Source of the DNA: a virus
Lineage: Duplodnaviria > Caudoviricetes
Reading direction: 5' to 3' (one strand)
Length of the DNA stretch: 63,568 nucleotides
IMG/VR virus record: IMGVR_UViG_3300048599_000861
Span: 1-63,568 of that record
Part shown: piece by piece, positions 62,658 to 63,568 of the stretch
How the letters are laid out: every line of letters begins with the position of its first letter
How positions within the stretch are numbered: the stretch's first letter is position 1
Notes under the pieces: generated by a model
The model's input: the letters and a program-made list of their open reading frames with translations, nothing else
What the model was told of the DNA's origin: nothing
The model's database searches: none
Program-made: the position numbers and the translations under genes

Positions 62658-62695
62658 ATGCGGTTCGGGGAATTTCGGTAAGTCTTTCGTTTTCA

Positions 62696-62772
62696 TGGTC
62701 GGGGCGGGGCGATTTGAACGCCCGACCCCCTGCGCCCAAGGCAGGTGCGCTACCAGGCTGCGCTACGCCCCG
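62696..62772 (-). tRNA. tRNA-Pro(TGG); prophage attachment site
   Basis: CGGGGCGTAGCGCAGCCTGGTAGCGCACCTGCCTTGGGCGCAGGGGGTCGGGCGTTCAAATCGCCCCGCCCCGACCA; cloverleaf with anticodon TGG and encoded CCA. Confidence 0.97.
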
Positions 62773-63568
62773 ACATATTGATGCTCTCCTTAATACTAGA
62801 ACACTTTCCCGGCGGCGACACGAAATTGGAGATCAGCGAGGCGAGCTCGACCGGCGTCTCCCGCATCGGGTAGTGGCCGGCGCCGGTGAGGACCGCGAGC
62901 GACGAGTTGGGACACCAGGCCAGAATCGTCTCCTGCATGCGCACGGCTGAACAGCCGGGGTCGAGCGCTCCGCAAATCACCAGCACCGGAACCGCCGCGC
63001 CCTTCACCTCGACCGCAAAATCCGTCTGCGTCCAGGCGGCCATGTATTCTTCGAGGGGCGCCCCCGCCGTCGCAGCCAGACTCAACTCCAACAACTCGTC
63101 CACCCAACCACAATCGCGCGCCCTCCCCGTGTTGACGTCGATTAGCTCCCGTCGCGCGGCGGGAGCGACGATGGCGCGGTGGAGCAACTCCCGGCGAGCT
63201 TCGTCGATGCCGGCGCCCGACGCCGGGACCGGCGCGATCAAAATCGCCGACGTCAATCGGCGCGGAGCGTCCACCATCAGCCGCTGCGCCGCCATGCCCG
63301 CCATCGAGTGGCCGACAATGTGAAACGTCGCCCAGCCGAGGCGATCCGCCAGAGCCAGCATGTCGACGGCGATGGCGGCGATGTTGTAGGGGCCGGGATC
63401 GGCGCGACGCTCTCCATACCCGCGGCAGTCGAGGTAGGCGCAGGTGAAGCGCGCCGGATCGAGGCAGTCGAAGAAGGGCTCGAAGAGTCGGTGGTCGCCG
63501 AGCCAGCCGTGTACGACGATGAGCCGGTCGGGGCCGTGGCCGATCACGCGCGCTGGGACGAGGGACAT
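62750..63568 (-). CDS. Alpha/beta fold hydrolase (host gene)
   Basis: VHGW; GHSMAG nucleophile elbow; catalytic Asp (GALDP) and His (AGHY). Confidence 0.88.
   Translation of the reverse strand: MSLVPARVIGHGPDRLIVVHGWLGDHRLFEPFFDCLDPARFTCAYLDCRGYGERRADPGPYNIAAIAVDMLALADRLGWATFHIVGHSMAGMAAQRLMVDAPRRLTSAILIAPVPASGAGIDEARRELLHRAIVAPAARRELIDVNTGRARDCGWVDELLELSLAATAGAPLEEYMAAWTQTDFAVEVKGAAVPVLVICGALDPGCSAVRMQETILAWCPNSSLAVLTGAGHYPMRETPVELASLISNFVSPPGKCSSIKESINMSGRSAAW

Larger units (their letters stand above)
1..62695 (+). mobile_element. Prophage (lambda-like siphovirus architecture) integrated at tRNA-Pro; left end outside the window
   Basis: Contiguous terminase-portal-protease-capsid-tail-lysis-replication-xis-int gene set; the integrase abuts the 3' end of tRNA-Pro; no duplicated tRNA 3' fragment seen at the left, so the other att is outside. 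Confidence 0.95.

Noticed and set aside
1-63568. CRISPR array, DGR or retron
   Set aside because: No regularly spaced repeat-spacer units, no reverse transcriptase motif (YxDD in an RT context), and no TR/VR pair seen by eye

Overview
Almost the whole window (1 to ~62695) is a temperate, lambda-like (GpA terminase/lambda portal) long non-contractile-tailed prophage, transcribed almost entirely on the + strand. It is integrated at the 3' end of a tRNA-Pro(TGG) gene (62696-62772, - strand). Only that right junction is visible; the left att site lies outside the window. One host alpha/beta hydrolase follows the tRNA. The host is inferred, not proven, to be an acidobacterium (Bryobacter/Solibacter-like). 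Gene order: small accessory genes; AT-rich origin-like region; cos-like site and packaging; head; tail (with a -1 frameshift chaperone); lysis; a cluster of signal-peptide-bearing fibre/FN3/beta-helix proteins; a ribbon-helix-helix repressor; replication; DNA-modification and nucleotide enzymes; sigma factor; xis/int. The most notable elements not shown in the ORF track are: (1) a complete circularly permuted (two-piece) tmRNA gene inside the phage early operon (~55551-55855, tag ANNTVALPMAA); (2) a 564-bp transposase-less element with 23-bp terminal inverted repeats and an 8-bp target duplication, carrying a self-promoted two-gene cassette (799-1362); (3) four copies of an operator TGTACRCAA-N14-TTGCGTACA, one in front of each main operon; (4) a variant hammerhead-ribozyme-like RNA (1680-1748); (5) exported tail-fibre-like proteins and a beta-barrel protein sitting where spanins normally are. 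All family assignments come from motif recognition by eye; no database searches were run.
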